NCBI GenBank assembly: GCA_965242965.1
Contig: OZ251518.1
Location: 2,048,001-2,112,000, forward strand
DNA length: 64,000 nt
Reading direction: 5' to 3'
DNA from: Candidatus Poribacteria bacterium
GTDB taxonomy: Bacteria > Poribacteria > WGA-4E > WGA-3G
Part shown: piece by piece, positions 20,331-30,800 of the stretch
Numbering within the stretch: position 1 is the first letter of the stretch
Layout: the number at the start of each line of letters is the position of its first letter
The notes under the pieces: model-generated
Seen by the model: the letters and a program-made list of their open reading frames with translations, nothing else
Database searches by the model: none
Told to the model about the DNA's origin: nothing
Position numbers and translations under genes: made by a program

Positions 20331-20413
20331 CTTTTAAACGCCGAATTGGCATGAACGTGCCACTTTGGAATAGAAAGGATGTCAAAAAGGCAGACGTGAA
20401 AATGAGGCGTGCG

Positions 20414-21073
20414 TCACACGCGCGTCGATGCGCGTCCTTCTTCGATTCGGGCGCGGATGCCAGCAGCGAGCATCTGCAACGCAACCGGATTTTCATCATG
20501 AAACGGGATAACCAGATCGGCATATTTTTTACACGGTTCGGTATAGAGAGGGAAGTTAGGCAGCACATCTCGCCGATACCAATTAATCGCCCACTCCAGG
20601 TCACCGCCGCGTTCCACCACGTCGCGGAGCATCCGACGCAGGACTCGTTCGTGTGCGTCTACGTCAAGGAACACCTTGATATCCATCAACTCGCGCAACG
20701 CCGCGCTCCAAAAGATGAGGTGTCCCTCCACAATGACGACATCGCTCGGTTGGAGGTATGAAGGCGCATCGCCGCGACGCGCAGCCCGCGTGCCGGGGAT
20801 AGGCACCGCAACTGCTTCGCGCCTGCGGAGTTTCGCGATGTCCTCAATGAGCGCGTCCCAAAGCACGACATCCGGGTGATTCGCGGTAATCACCTTCTCC
20901 CGTTCTTCCGGCGAATATTCTGCCCAATCCCGAAAATAGGCATCTTGATTGAGGATAACGGGGGTGCAATCCGCTAATTGTTCGGCCAGCAAGGCTGCAA
21001 AGGTTGTTTTCCCAGAGGCGGAGCCGCCCATAATGCCAAGGGTAGTGGGGGTGAAATGCTGTTGTGTTTTCAT
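20414..21073 (-). CDS. Uridine kinase family protein
   Basis: GIMGGSASGKTT P-loop, LNQDAYF, VVIVEGHL, RRMLRDVVERG, YTEPCKKYAD. Confidence 0.85.
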   Translation of the reverse strand: MKTQQHFTPTTLGIMGGSASGKTTFAALLAEQLADCTPVILNQDAYFRDWAEYSPEEREKVITANHPDVVLWDALIEDIAKLRRREAVAVPIPGTRAARRGDAPSYLQPSDVVIVEGHLIFWSAALRELMDIKVFLDVDAHERVLRRMLRDVVERGGDLEWAINWYRRDVLPNFPLYTEPCKKYADLVIPFHDENPVALQMLAAGIRARIEEGRASTRV

Positions 21074-21124
21074 GCGGGTATGATAGCAGAATTGGAGATA
21101 TAAAGCAAATTTGTGTCGTGGAAC

Positions 21125-21470
21125 GATCGCGAGGCCAAGAAACCTCTCACACACCGTAGGGCGGGGGCCTGTCCCCCGCCGGGCTCGGGTCGCCGAACGA
21201 TCGCGAGGGACAGGCCCTCGCGCTACGGGACAGGGGACAAGAAACCTTTCACACACCGTAGGGCGGGGGCCTGTCCCCCGCCGTGCCTCGGATAATCGAA
21301 AACGCTCTTCATGACCTACGATCGCGAGGGACAGGCCCTCGCGCTACGGTGGGGGCGGAAACCTCTCTCATACCGTAGGGCGGGGGCCTGTCCCCCGCCA
21401 GGCCTCGGTCGAGGAAAACGCTCTTCACAAACAACGATCGCGAGGGACAGGCCCTCGCGCTACGGCCCGA
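21125..21470. repeat. Three tandem REPIN-like inverted hairpin pairs
   Basis: 3 x [CGTAGGGCGGGGGCCTGTCCCCCGCC - linker - CGCGAGGGACAGGCCCTCGCGCTACGG]. Confidence 0.9.
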
Positions 21471-21497
21471 GACACGGTGAAAGTTTTACAATTTTTC

Positions 21498-21527
21498 TTG
21501 ACATTCACCTTGGAAATCCGTTATACT
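21498..21527 (+). promoter_or_regulatory. sigma70-like promoter
   Basis: TTGACA-18 nt-TATACT upstream of the LamG gene. Confidence 0.6.
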
Positions 21528-21559
21528 ATTTTCATATTTTATACAAAAAGGAGAAAAAC

Positions 21560-22315
21560 ATGATGAAAAAACCTTTCGTCTATCTTTTCATTGCACAACT
21601 GATGATACTCACGCCGTTCGCTCTCGCCGATTTCACGGCAGGGCTCGTCCTGCATCATACCTATGATGAAGGCAGCGGCACACTCGCCGCCGATTCCAGC
21701 GGCAACGGACATGATGGCGAAGTTTCCAATCCCGAATGGGTTGATGGAAAGTTCGGCAAAGCACTGCAATTCGGCGGTGAAGGAAGCGATGTGTTCGTCA
21801 CCGTGGAGAGCACACCGCTCCTGAACGTTAACGAATGCACGTTCATGGCGTGGATTAACGCCGAACATTGGGACGGCACGCGGCAAATCGTCGGCAAATC
21901 TGTCCACGGCGGGTGCGCCGGCAGAACGCAATACGGCTTGTTTAGCGAAAGCGGTGTCTTCAAACTCCGCTTTGAAACTGAAGGCGGCCGCGCCGACATT
22001 ACCACAGATCTGCCTGCAACCGGCGAGTGGGTGAATATCGCCTTTACTAACGACGGTGAAACCGCCACGATTTACATCAACGGCGAGGCGGTAGTTGACG
22101 GTGAGGTGCCGGGCACACTCAGTGCCAACGATGATCCGTGGCGTATCGGACAAGATTGCGAACGCGAGAACTATGTCTTTGCTGGCATCATCGACGAGGT
22201 GCGTCTCTGGAACCGCGCGTTGTCTGCAGCGGACATCGCTGATTTACAAGGATTGCTCACCGATGTCGAGGCACGCGGTAAATTAGCGACGACATGGGGC
22301 AGTCTCAAGCAGTAG
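21560..22315 (+). CDS. Secreted LamG-like jellyroll domain protein
   Basis: Signal peptide, DEGSGTLAADSSGNG, GKFGKALQF, FAGIIDEVRLWNRALS; C-terminal KLATTWGSLK. Confidence 0.88.
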   Translation: MMKKPFVYLFIAQLMILTPFALADFTAGLVLHHTYDEGSGTLAADSSGNGHDGEVSNPEWVDGKFGKALQFGGEGSDVFVTVESTPLLNVNECTFMAWINAEHWDGTRQIVGKSVHGGCAGRTQYGLFSESGVFKLRFETEGGRADITTDLPATGEWVNIAFTNDGETATIYINGEAVVDGEVPGTLSANDDPWRIGQDCERENYVFAGIIDEVRLWNRALSAADIADLQGLLTDVEARGKLATTWGSLKQ

Positions 22316-22372
22316 CATTGCTTTCGTTAGGGCGGATGTCCATATCCGCCCACAACCCTTCCATCAAAAAAC

Positions 22373-24205
22373 ATGTTTTGGGAACAAATCGCCACACACT
22401 ACCGCGCCGGCTCCGCGCACCAATTTTTACTCCACTTCAACGTGCAGGACCTGCACTACGACGACGCTTACGGCTACTTGCCCGCGATGCCCTATCTCAT
22501 GGAGCAACTCAACCTCTTGGGGTGCGAGCTGGTTGTCGGCTATAATTCCGTGCAGGGAATTATTTTTCCGAACGTTCACCAGTGGCGCAGAACGCAGAGG
22601 ACGCTGGAAATTGTCCCATCGGATGCACCGGATGAAGTTCCACTGCCGGATGAGCGGAGAAGAATAAACGCCAATCTCGCTATCGGCAAACTTCACGAAG
22701 ACCCGGTTGCTGCGATGGAGCCGCATCCATCGGAGGAGTTGCAAAACAGGCTGAGCCATCTCCTGCGGCAGCAGCGGGCTAAAGTCGGGCTGATCATTAA
22801 TTTTCTGGAGCAGCTCGCGCCGAATCATCCCTCTTTCGCCAGCGGTGCGAACGATGATTTGCAACGCTTTCTCAACCTCCTCCACCATTGGGCATCGGAC
22901 ATGGACATCCGCCGCCGCAAGCACATTATCCTGCTGGTCACGCAGAACACGTTTGATATCCACCCCAGTCTCACCGTGAACCCCGAAATTCCAGTCGTGG
23001 AGATGCCGTTTCCGGACTATGCGCAGCGTTTGCAGTTTATAGGGCATCTGCACACCATTTCTCCGAACGATGCGCCGATGCGCGAGAGCCTCGGCAATGC
23101 CCGCGCGCGAGAAGAATTGGCGCGTGAGACAGCGGGCCTAAATCTGTTCGGCATCCACGATATTGCGCGCCAAGCCGCCACCACGCAACAAGAAGCGAGA
23201 GGTGAACTGCTCCTCAACTATCGGCAGGAGAGCATCAAGACTTTCAGTCGTGGCGTTCTGGAGGTAGGTGAACCGCGCGAAGTTGCACGGATGCAAGGCC
23301 CGAGTCATGTCAACCGCGCTATCCAAGACATTGCCGATGGCTTGAAACAAGGAGACTGGCGGCGCATTCCGCGAGGCATGTTGCTCCTCGGCCCCGCAGG
23401 GACAGGGAAGGTGTTCATAGCGAAACTGCTCGCGGGGAAAGCGGAGACAGCGTTTGTCCAGCTCCGTTATGCGAGTCAAGTCGGCGAAGTCGCTATCAGC
23501 GTCAACGGCAACGGCAACGAGGGGAGTTATGAGCGGAATCTGAGTGCCGCGCTCAGTTTTATCCGTGGCATCGCGCCCGTTGTCGTCTTTATTGACGAAA
23601 TTGAGCAAGCATCGCCGCATACCAGCATGCAACCCGAGCATTGGGAGCGCGACTTGCCGGTGAGTCTTGTGAACGCGATTAGCGATACGTCGCTGCGCGG
23701 CAAGGTGATATGGGTAGGCGCGACGAATCGTCCCGATTTGATGCCATCTATCTTCCGGCGCGTTGGAATTTTTGACCACAAGCTCATCTTACTACCACCG
23801 ACCCCTTTTGAGAGGGCAGCAATCCTGAAGATTTTTTGCGAACCTCGCACGCAGGAGAGCATCGATTATCAGTCAATCGTCGGCGATGCACGGACAGATG
23901 GGATTACTGCCCGCGATTTGTGGTTGATAATGCAGCGAGCGCGGAACCTTGCTCAGCGCAACAACCGCGAGCAGTTAACCGAACCAGACCTGCGTGAGGC
24001 AGTCGACGATTTCGCGCCAGATCATTCGCCGGAGATGCAGCAATTTATGGGCTTATTAGCGATGCGTGAGGCAAATTCGCGTGCGATGCTGCCGGATGCC
24101 TTGCTGCCGCAGTATCAAGAATTCGTAGAGGGCAATCGGATTGATAAAACGAAGATAAATCGGCGGTTGTTGGAGTTGAGTGGGGAGCTTGGGTTGCAGG
24201 GGTGA
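22373..24205 (+). CDS. AAA+ ATPase with long N-terminal region (SpoVK/Ycf46/Vps4-like)
   Basis: LLLGPAGTGKV Walker A, VVFIDEIE Walker B, GATNRPDL...RRVGIFD SRH region. Confidence 0.85.
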   Translation: MFWEQIATHYRAGSAHQFLLHFNVQDLHYDDAYGYLPAMPYLMEQLNLLGCELVVGYNSVQGIIFPNVHQWRRTQRTLEIVPSDAPDEVPLPDERRRINANLAIGKLHEDPVAAMEPHPSEELQNRLSHLLRQQRAKVGLIINFLEQLAPNHPSFASGANDDLQRFLNLLHHWASDMDIRRRKHIILLVTQNTFDIHPSLTVNPEIPVVEMPFPDYAQRLQFIGHLHTISPNDAPMRESLGNARAREELARETAGLNLFGIHDIARQAATTQQEARGELLLNYRQESIKTFSRGVLEVGEPREVARMQGPSHVNRAIQDIADGLKQGDWRRIPRGMLLLGPAGTGKVFIAKLLAGKAETAFVQLRYASQVGEVAISVNGNGNEGSYERNLSAALSFIRGIAPVVVFIDEIEQASPHTSMQPEHWERDLPVSLVNAISDTSLRGKVIWVGATNRPDLMPSIFRRVGIFDHKLILLPPTPFERAAILKIFCEPRTQESIDYQSIVGDARTDGITARDLWLIMQRARNLAQRNNREQLTEPDLREAVDDFAPDHSPEMQQFMGLLAMREANSRAMLPDALLPQYQEFVEGNRIDKTKINRRLLELSGELGLQG

Positions 24206-24345
24206 TGGGAGACAAAATTTCGGTTTTCAGCGAGCCCGGAAAATGGCGAGGGACAGGCCCTCGCCCTACGGTAAAAGGAAACATTGAGGCATGGCGAGGG
24301 ACAGGCCCTCGCCCTACGGTAACGGGAGACATTGATGCACGCGGA

Positions 24346-24765
24346 TTATCTAGCAATAGCGAACCCGATATTATCGATGCCCGCTCGCTTGGCAATATCC
24401 ATCACCCGCACAATCTGCTCGTGGAACACATCGCGCTCAGCCATAATAGTCAGACGACTTTTGGATGCCGCCGGCGCGTTGAGGAGACGGTTAAACATCT
24501 CCCCTGTCCGGACAATCGCCTCAGGGCCAGCACCGCTCATAAGGATAGTGCCCTCAGTCTCGCCGGGCGCAGGACTGGCAATCCGGACGACAATAGCTGC
24601 CTGAACCGGCGGCGGAAAGGAAATCGGCGGCGGGAGTTGGACCCGCAACCCCGGAATCGGCGCGAAGGTCGTTGATACCATAAAGAAAATCAGGAGCAGA
24701 AACACACAATCGATCATCGGTGCCATGCTCAGCGTCGGCAGTTTGCGTTTCCTCAGATGTTGCAT
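24346..24765 (-). CDS. ExbD/TolR family biopolymer transport protein
   Basis: MAPMIDCVFLLLIFFMVSTTF signature; AAGGAGG RBS. Confidence 0.9.
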   Translation of the reverse strand: MQHLRKRKLPTLSMAPMIDCVFLLLIFFMVSTTFAPIPGLRVQLPPPISFPPPVQAAIVVRIASPAPGETEGTILMSGAGPEAIVRTGEMFNRLLNAPAASKSRLTIMAERDVFHEQIVRVMDIAKRAGIDNIGFAIAR

Positions 24766-24954
24766 TTCAGATTCCTCCTTTGTGTCCTCTGGCAACAGTT
24801 TTCAGCAAGTGCCAGAACCAAAGTTATCCTGACGTTACTTTTTATGAACACCTGAGTCGTTAAGAAGTTACGCGAATTTCTATAGTGCAAAAAAAATAAC
24901 TTGAAACGGTAGGCGCGCTTTCCAACGGCGCGCTGCTATCCATAGGAGAAACCA

Positions 24955-26478
24955 ATGTCAAAACCGTATTTCATAACAAACTTCATCGCCATCGTGTGCT
25001 GTCTCATCTGCGAAGCCGTTGCACAACCGGTGACGGTGAACATCACAACGCCGCGGCGAGGCACAATCGTCACGGAAAAACATTACACCGGACATCTACA
25101 ACCGCAGGCAGAAATTAAGGTGTTCGCCAACATTGCCGGTAAAATCGTTGAACGCCAAGCCGATGCAGGACAAAAAGTGGCGAAAGGTGAGGGCATCGCG
25201 CGGAGCACATCTCAAGAAGCAGGCATCGCTGTGATAAAGGCGGAAGCGGCGTTGAGTGCAGCGCAATCACGACTCACTACGACAGAGGCGAACGCGCAAG
25301 CCCGCGTGGCATCACAACTCGCCATCGCGCAAGAATCGCTCCTCGCCACACAGGCGAAATTGGAAGAGACGAAGTTGCTCGCCGAAATGCGCATTCGTAA
25401 CCAACTCATCCAAGCAGAATCTGTCTATAAATCCGCCGTAGCAACGCTTACACGTTCGGAAGTCAACGCGCAACAGACGTTGGAACGCGCAAAGGCGGAA
25501 CTTGAGAGAACGGCATTAGACTTTGAACGCACTCAGGCACTGCACGAAAAACAGCACATCAGCGACAGCGATTTCGAGGCATCAGAGACGCGGTTCAAAC
25601 TCGCGCAAAGTCGGCATCAAGAAGCACTCGCGACGCTCAATCAGTTTGCGGATGGCACGGCACAACTTGCTGTCGAAAAGGCGAAGGCAGAATTGGATAT
25701 GGCGCGGAAAGTTGTAGAAAGCCGCGGTTGGGAACGCGAAATCGCCGCCGCTGAATCCAAAGTGATGCAAGCGGAAGCTCACCTCAGCACGGCACAAAAA
25801 TTGGTGGAAGCGAAATCGTGGGAGCACGAAATTGCCATCGCAAGAACTGCTGTCCGTGAGGCGGAAGCGCAACTGAAACTCGCACAAGAACAGGTAAACA
25901 ACGCCGCCATTACTTCGCCCATTGACGGCGTAATCGCCACGCGACACTTGGACATGGGTGACTACGCCAGACCGGCGGCGGTGCCGGGCGCGGTGCCGGT
26001 GTTTACGGTGGTATCACTAGATACTATCAAAGCAGGCTGGAATATGCCAGCCGCAGATGTCGGCGGCGTTAAAAACGGGGATATGGTGCTAATCTCCACC
26101 GCCGGCATCCGAAACATTGTGGGCACGGTTGACTTTATCAGTCCAATCGTTCGCCGAGAAGACGACACGGTGATTGTCCATGCTTCTGTGCAAGCGGAGG
26201 GACTGAAACCGGGCGCGTCTATCACCGTTTCCGTCAAAACCGGCGAGCGGAAAAATGTCCTATTGTTGCCGCGTCGCGCTGTTTTGCGGATTCAAGAGGG
26301 TGCGGGAGAGATTTTCGTCGTTGAGGGAAACGTTGTGCGGCGGCGGCAGGTTACCGTCGGTGCTGTTTACGGCGGCGAGATTGAGATTACGTCGCGTCTC
26401 GTCTTAAAAACGCAAGTGATTGTGAATTCGCAGCATCGGTTGGGAGATGGCACGGCTGTGACTATCGCGCAGGATTAA
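24955..26478 (+). CDS. Efflux RND transporter periplasmic adaptor subunit with long coiled coil
   Basis: IAGKIVE...GQKVAKG and ITSPIDGVI lipoyl halves, GTVDFISP, LKPG, long helical hairpin. Confidence 0.85.
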   Translation: MSKPYFITNFIAIVCCLICEAVAQPVTVNITTPRRGTIVTEKHYTGHLQPQAEIKVFANIAGKIVERQADAGQKVAKGEGIARSTSQEAGIAVIKAEAALSAAQSRLTTTEANAQARVASQLAIAQESLLATQAKLEETKLLAEMRIRNQLIQAESVYKSAVATLTRSEVNAQQTLERAKAELERTALDFERTQALHEKQHISDSDFEASETRFKLAQSRHQEALATLNQFADGTAQLAVEKAKAELDMARKVVESRGWEREIAAAESKVMQAEAHLSTAQKLVEAKSWEHEIAIARTAVREAEAQLKLAQEQVNNAAITSPIDGVIATRHLDMGDYARPAAVPGAVPVFTVVSLDTIKAGWNMPAADVGGVKNGDMVLISTAGIRNIVGTVDFISPIVRREDDTVIVHASVQAEGLKPGASITVSVKTGERKNVLLLPRRAVLRIQEGAGEIFVVEGNVVRRRQVTVGAVYGGEIEITSRLVLKTQVIVNSQHRLGDGTAVTIAQD

Positions 26479-26489
26479 GTTGGATTATC

Positions 26490-26870
26490 GTCTGGCGAGG
26501 GAAACTTGTCCCTCGCCAGATATCGGGTTTCTCGCTATCCCTTACTATAGACATGCAGGTCCTACGGACCTGAAGAGGTTTCCTTAGAGGCACAGCATGT
26601 CCCGCGATGAACCCTCCTTCTCCTGCAAATCCTGCTTCATATCTGTAGGTCAAGATCGCCCGATCTTGACCTGTTCGGGATCAGGCGATCCCGAACTACT
26701 TAGGTTCATCCTGCTTTAGCCAATTAGCATCGCGGGGGACAGGCCCCCGCGCTACGTTCTAAGCGACGTTTTTCGGTTGAATCGAACACTCGCGGGGGAC
26801 AGGCCCCCGCACTACGAAAAAAGTGGGTTTCCGTATGAGCCTTTAGGTCCTACGGACCTGAAGAGGTTTC
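26490..26870. repeat. Degenerate repeat mosaic between convergent genes
   Basis: CTATAGACATGCAGGTCCTACGGACCTGAAGAG, GTAGGTCAAGATCGCCCGATCTTGAC, CGCGGGGGACAGGCCCCCGCGCTACG. Confidence 0.8.
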
Positions 26871-26932
26871 CTTCTCTTTTTGCAAATCAACGCTCTATCC
26901 CCGAAAATAAGACGACTCAACTGAATTTCATA

Positions 26933-28114
26933 TCAGGCAAAAGAAGGACGCGCGCCCAGACAATCACGCCCCAAAACATAAACCCGTATCTGCTCCCACT
27001 TCCGCTTGGACCGGTGCGTTGCAACTCGCCTTTTAAAAACATCGCACACCCGAAACCCTGCCGATGCAATTATCCGCTCCATGTTCTCAATCGCCTTCGG
27101 ACCGGAGGCATCCGCATACCCTAATAAAATCGTGCCTTCCGGTTTCAGGAAATTCGGAGCCTGCGCAAAAAACCTTTCTAACGTCCGCTGCTTCTCATCG
27201 TGGATGGCGAGTTCAGATCGGTTCCGAGCTCGCATGACTACCCACGGTGCATTGAAGAGAATCAGATCGAATGACTGATGCGATGGAAATTCTTCAAATA
27301 GATCGCCGGGAGGCATGACGTGGATGTGCGTGTCTTCAGGATAAATCCGTTGGATATTTAATCTTGTCGTTGCTACCGCTTCGGAGAGGAGATCGGATGC
27401 GTGGAGGGTAACATCGGCACCTAATTCTTGCCGCGCGAGCAGTGTTAAAACACCGCAGCCGCAGCCGATGTCGGCGGCAAAAATCGAGACCGGGAGGTCT
27501 CTCCTACGGGCGAATGCCTGCAACGCTTCTTGAAAGCATTCAACTGTCTCTTGTGAGCGCGGCGGGAGGACGTTTTCGGAGGCGACGAGGGATGCATCGA
27601 GTGCGTTGACTGGATACGTCGTCTCAAGCGCGCTCTGGATGCGTTGGACGGACGCGACAGGGACGAGAAATGGATGCCCTTCGTTCGCGCCGGGAGGTTC
27701 GCCGATAAGCTCCAAGAGATAGGGCAAATCGGGAGATGGATCTGTCTGCAATGTGCCTTCTGCATCTGCCCAGCATAAGAGACGCGCGTAAGCCTCTTCT
27801 AAACGCGCGCGGGAAATAGCTCTTCCCGGCCGCGAGTGGCGATTGCCTTTCGCGCGCGAAGCTGATTTATAGGCGTGCGCCGGTGTCACAGCATTTTTGT
27901 GGCGGCGAATGTAGTCCATCACCACCATAATTTGTTCCCAAGCCCCTTGGACTACAGCGACACCGCCTCGCTCAATATGCGTGGAAATCCGACCGAGGTG
28001 CACTAAGTCCTGATGCGCGAACAATTTCACGCGCCCGCGCGCGAAGACTGCGTCGCGGATGGCAGTGGGGACGTAGAGTGTGCCGATGTTGGTGACGGAA
28101 TAGAAGGTGTTCAT
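26933..28114 (-). CDS. Class I SAM-dependent methyltransferase (MTS/PrmC-like)
   Basis: ADIGCGCGVL motif I, FDLILFNAPW motif IV; start uncertain. Confidence 0.8.
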   Translation of the reverse strand: MNTFYSVTNIGTLYVPTAIRDAVFARGRVKLFAHQDLVHLGRISTHIERGGVAVVQGAWEQIMVVMDYIRRHKNAVTPAHAYKSASRAKGNRHSRPGRAISRARLEEAYARLLCWADAEGTLQTDPSPDLPYLLELIGEPPGANEGHPFLVPVASVQRIQSALETTYPVNALDASLVASENVLPPRSQETVECFQEALQAFARRRDLPVSIFAADIGCGCGVLTLLARQELGADVTLHASDLLSEAVATTRLNIQRIYPEDTHIHVMPPGDLFEEFPSHQSFDLILFNAPWVVMRARNRSELAIHDEKQRTLERFFAQAPNFLKPEGTILLGYADASGPKAIENMERIIASAGFRVCDVFKRRVATHRSKRKWEQIRVYVLGRDCLGARPSFA

Positions 28115-28207
28115 GAGGAAAACGGCGATGGAGAATATGCCGGCGCGCAGCCGAGGCATGGCGAGGGACAGGCCCTCGCCCTACGATTCGGTGGAAACTA
28201 TTTGGGA

Positions 28208-29257
28208 CTAACGCATCGCGACGATTTCGCCGGTTTTGATGGATTCTGCCTCTTTATAGCAGAGCAGGAGTGCATCTCTCGCACCTATGCCGGAGAGCGC
28301 GGTGGGTTCTTCTTCCCTATCAATTGCCTCAACGGCATAGCGGAGCTCGGCGGCGAAGGCATCGATCGGATCGGCATCTCCTAAATCCACCGGATGCACC
28401 TCGCCTGATTCGTCCAAGAGCGTCAACGGCACTGCCGTCACCGGCTCGCTGCCAAGCGTTGCGAAGTCATACAGCAACGTCGCTTTCTCAAGGTAAATCT
28501 CAAATCCGTGCGAGAAGGCTCTGCCGGGTTGCGATACCGCGCCGGACGAACAACTCACGGCAAGTTCTTTGTCGTTGTAGATATACTGCGTCGTTACGTA
28601 GTCAACGAAATTGCCGCCCGCCAGTTTGCCTTGCGAGAAAACAGCATCCGGCACGCCACAAAGCAGTTGGATGAAATGCGTGTCGTGGATGTGTAGATCG
28701 ATGCCGGGTCCGCCGCTTTTCTCAACATCGGCGAGTTCCCGCGACCAGCTCGGTTTGGAGATGATGCGCTTAAAATGCGCGCCGACGAGCGCGCCATATT
28801 CGCCACTCTCAACGATGCGCTTGGCGTAGGCATACTCGGCGAAGAAAGGGAGGACATGCGCCACCATAAAATGTTTATTTTTCTTTTCCGCCAGTGCAAC
28901 TATCTCATTCGCATCGTCAATGGCAATGGAGATGGGTTTTTCGACGAGGGTATGTTTGCCCGCGTTGAGGGATGCCATGCTGACAGATTTGTGCAACTGC
29001 GTCGGCAGGCAGATATCCACCAAATCGATTTCTTCATCGGCGAGGAGCGCGTCAATCTCGCTATATTTTCGGATATGCGAGAGCTCTTCGATGCCGCCCC
29101 GCGGTCCGAAATTGCCTTGAATGCCTGTCCAATCGCCGTTCAGTTTTTTGGCATCGCGTGTGCAAATCGCGACGACTACGGCATCCGGAACACGCTGGAT
29201 GCCGTAGTAGTGGATCATGCCCATAAATCCGATGCCGATAATGCCAATTTTTACCAT
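28208..29257 (-). CDS. Gfo/Idh/MocA family oxidoreductase
   Basis: KIGIIGIGFMG, VDICLPT, GKHTLVEKP, DLHIHD. Confidence 0.92.
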   Translation of the reverse strand: MVKIGIIGIGFMGMIHYYGIQRVPDAVVVAICTRDAKKLNGDWTGIQGNFGPRGGIEELSHIRKYSEIDALLADEEIDLVDICLPTQLHKSVSMASLNAGKHTLVEKPISIAIDDANEIVALAEKKNKHFMVAHVLPFFAEYAYAKRIVESGEYGALVGAHFKRIISKPSWSRELADVEKSGGPGIDLHIHDTHFIQLLCGVPDAVFSQGKLAGGNFVDYVTTQYIYNDKELAVSCSSGAVSQPGRAFSHGFEIYLEKATLLYDFATLGSEPVTAVPLTLLDESGEVHPVDLGDADPIDAFAAELRYAVEAIDREEEPTALSGIGARDALLLCYKEAESIKTGEIVAMR

Positions 29258-29316
29258 GTTTGTATCCAAGAAGTGATGGCGCGCTGGGAAAGCGCGCCTA
29301 CCGGATTTTGACAGAA

Positions 29317-30111
29317 TCAGCGCAACTCGCTTGCCCTACGCTTAATGCTACCCCACGTCGTAGAGGCTTTATCTTGCGCCGAAACGGCGAGGATATCACC
29401 GTTCATAATTTCGTTGATTTCGTCTTCGCTGAGGGCGCGTCGCCAGATGGCGGCTTCGTCAATCGAACCGTTTTCAAAGGTATACTGCGGCCGGTCTTTG
29501 GAGCATCCGATGCGCAAATCCTGGTCATTCGTGCCTTTGAAATCGAATTTCTCAGCCTTTTCCTGCGCCAATTCGCCGTCAACGTAGATTTTCATGTCAC
29601 TGCCGTCATAAGTGCCGACGACGTGATGCCACTTTTTTTCGTCAAGATTGTGCGGAGCGTTCAAGGTAGGCCGGCTGTTGCCGGTGCCCAAGAACATATT
29701 AAAATTCGCGCCGTCGCCGAAAACGCCAATGCCGTAAGAGGAATGCTCGCCGCCGTTATGGCAGTTTTTGTCAAACCACTGCGCGTTGGTATTCCACGCT
29801 TCCTGATAAATCCAAGCGGCCATCGTAATTTCACCGCTGATTTTCAGTTCTTCGGCAGCGGGGATGTTAACGCAGTCCGCGCCTTCGGCGGTAATATTAA
29901 TCGCCTTGCCGTATTTCCCATCGACAATCTTGGTGTTGGCGATGATGTCCGCGTCAAGTCCGTTGCCGGAATTGTCGGCAATCGTCTTGCCGCCGGCATC
30001 GTCAAACGTCATGTAGATAACGATGTCATCGTCAAGTGCCGCGGTGGCAGCGTTTCCCACCGTGAGTAACATCACGGCGGCCAGCACTGAGCAGATAAAT
30101 AACCGTTTCAT
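29317..30111 (-). CDS. Secreted LamG-like jellyroll domain protein
   Basis: Signal peptide, WHHVVGTYDG, IYVDG, IDEAAIWRRALS; C-terminal DKASTTWGSIK. Confidence 0.88.
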   Translation of the reverse strand: MKRLFICSVLAAVMLLTVGNAATAALDDDIVIYMTFDDAGGKTIADNSGNGLDADIIANTKIVDGKYGKAINITAEGADCVNIPAAEELKISGEITMAAWIYQEAWNTNAQWFDKNCHNGGEHSSYGIGVFGDGANFNMFLGTGNSRPTLNAPHNLDEKKWHHVVGTYDGSDMKIYVDGELAQEKAEKFDFKGTNDQDLRIGCSKDRPQYTFENGSIDEAAIWRRALSEDEINEIMNGDILAVSAQDKASTTWGSIKRRASELR

Positions 30112-30224
30112 GTCTCTCCTCCAAAGCGAAAGTCTCGTGCTACAAATTGTGGTGCTATTTTAACACAGATGCGCAGAAAAGGTCAAATTGTTTTTTGTTC
30201 TACGGATGCATCGTTCGCTTCAAC

Positions 30225-30800
30225 GTCGCGGGGATAAGGCATCGCGCTACAGTAAAAAAAACGTGCCGTTTACCGTAGGGCGAGGGCCTGTCCCTCGCCA
30301 TGCATCGATCGGGAGGGAAATGGCCTTGGCCGGCGTGCGTTTTTCGCGCGGATCGAACGATCGCGGGGGACAGGCCCCCGCGCTACGGTAAAAAAACGTG
30401 CCGTTTACCGTAGGGCGAGGGCCTGTCCCTCGCCGTGCATCGATTGGGAAGGAAATGGCCTTGGCCGGCGTGCGTTTTTCGCGCAGGTCGAACGATCGCG
30501 GGGGACAGGCCCCCGCGCTACGGGCCCGGACGGGGGCCTACTCGCCATGCGCCGCTCGGGAGCAGGCGCTCCCGAACTACGGTCTTCTGCCCCTAATCCT
30601 GTGAAATCGTGATAATCGTGTAAATCCTGCTCGTCTCTAGGGCACACGGGCGATCGCGGGGGACAGGCCCCCGCGCTACGGGCCAGGAAGGGGTCCTCCT
30701 CTCCATGCGCCCGTTCGGGAGCAGGCAAGCCCGAACTACAGTCTCCTGCCTCTAATCCTGTGAAATCTTGTAAATCTTGTAAATCCTGCTCATCTCTTGG
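30225..30800. repeat. Intergenic GTAG-hairpin mosaic with 9-bp AAATCTTGT-type tandem repeats
   Basis: Duplicated about 135-bp REPIN-like unit, then hairpin plus AATCCTGTGAAATC blocks. Confidence 0.88.
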
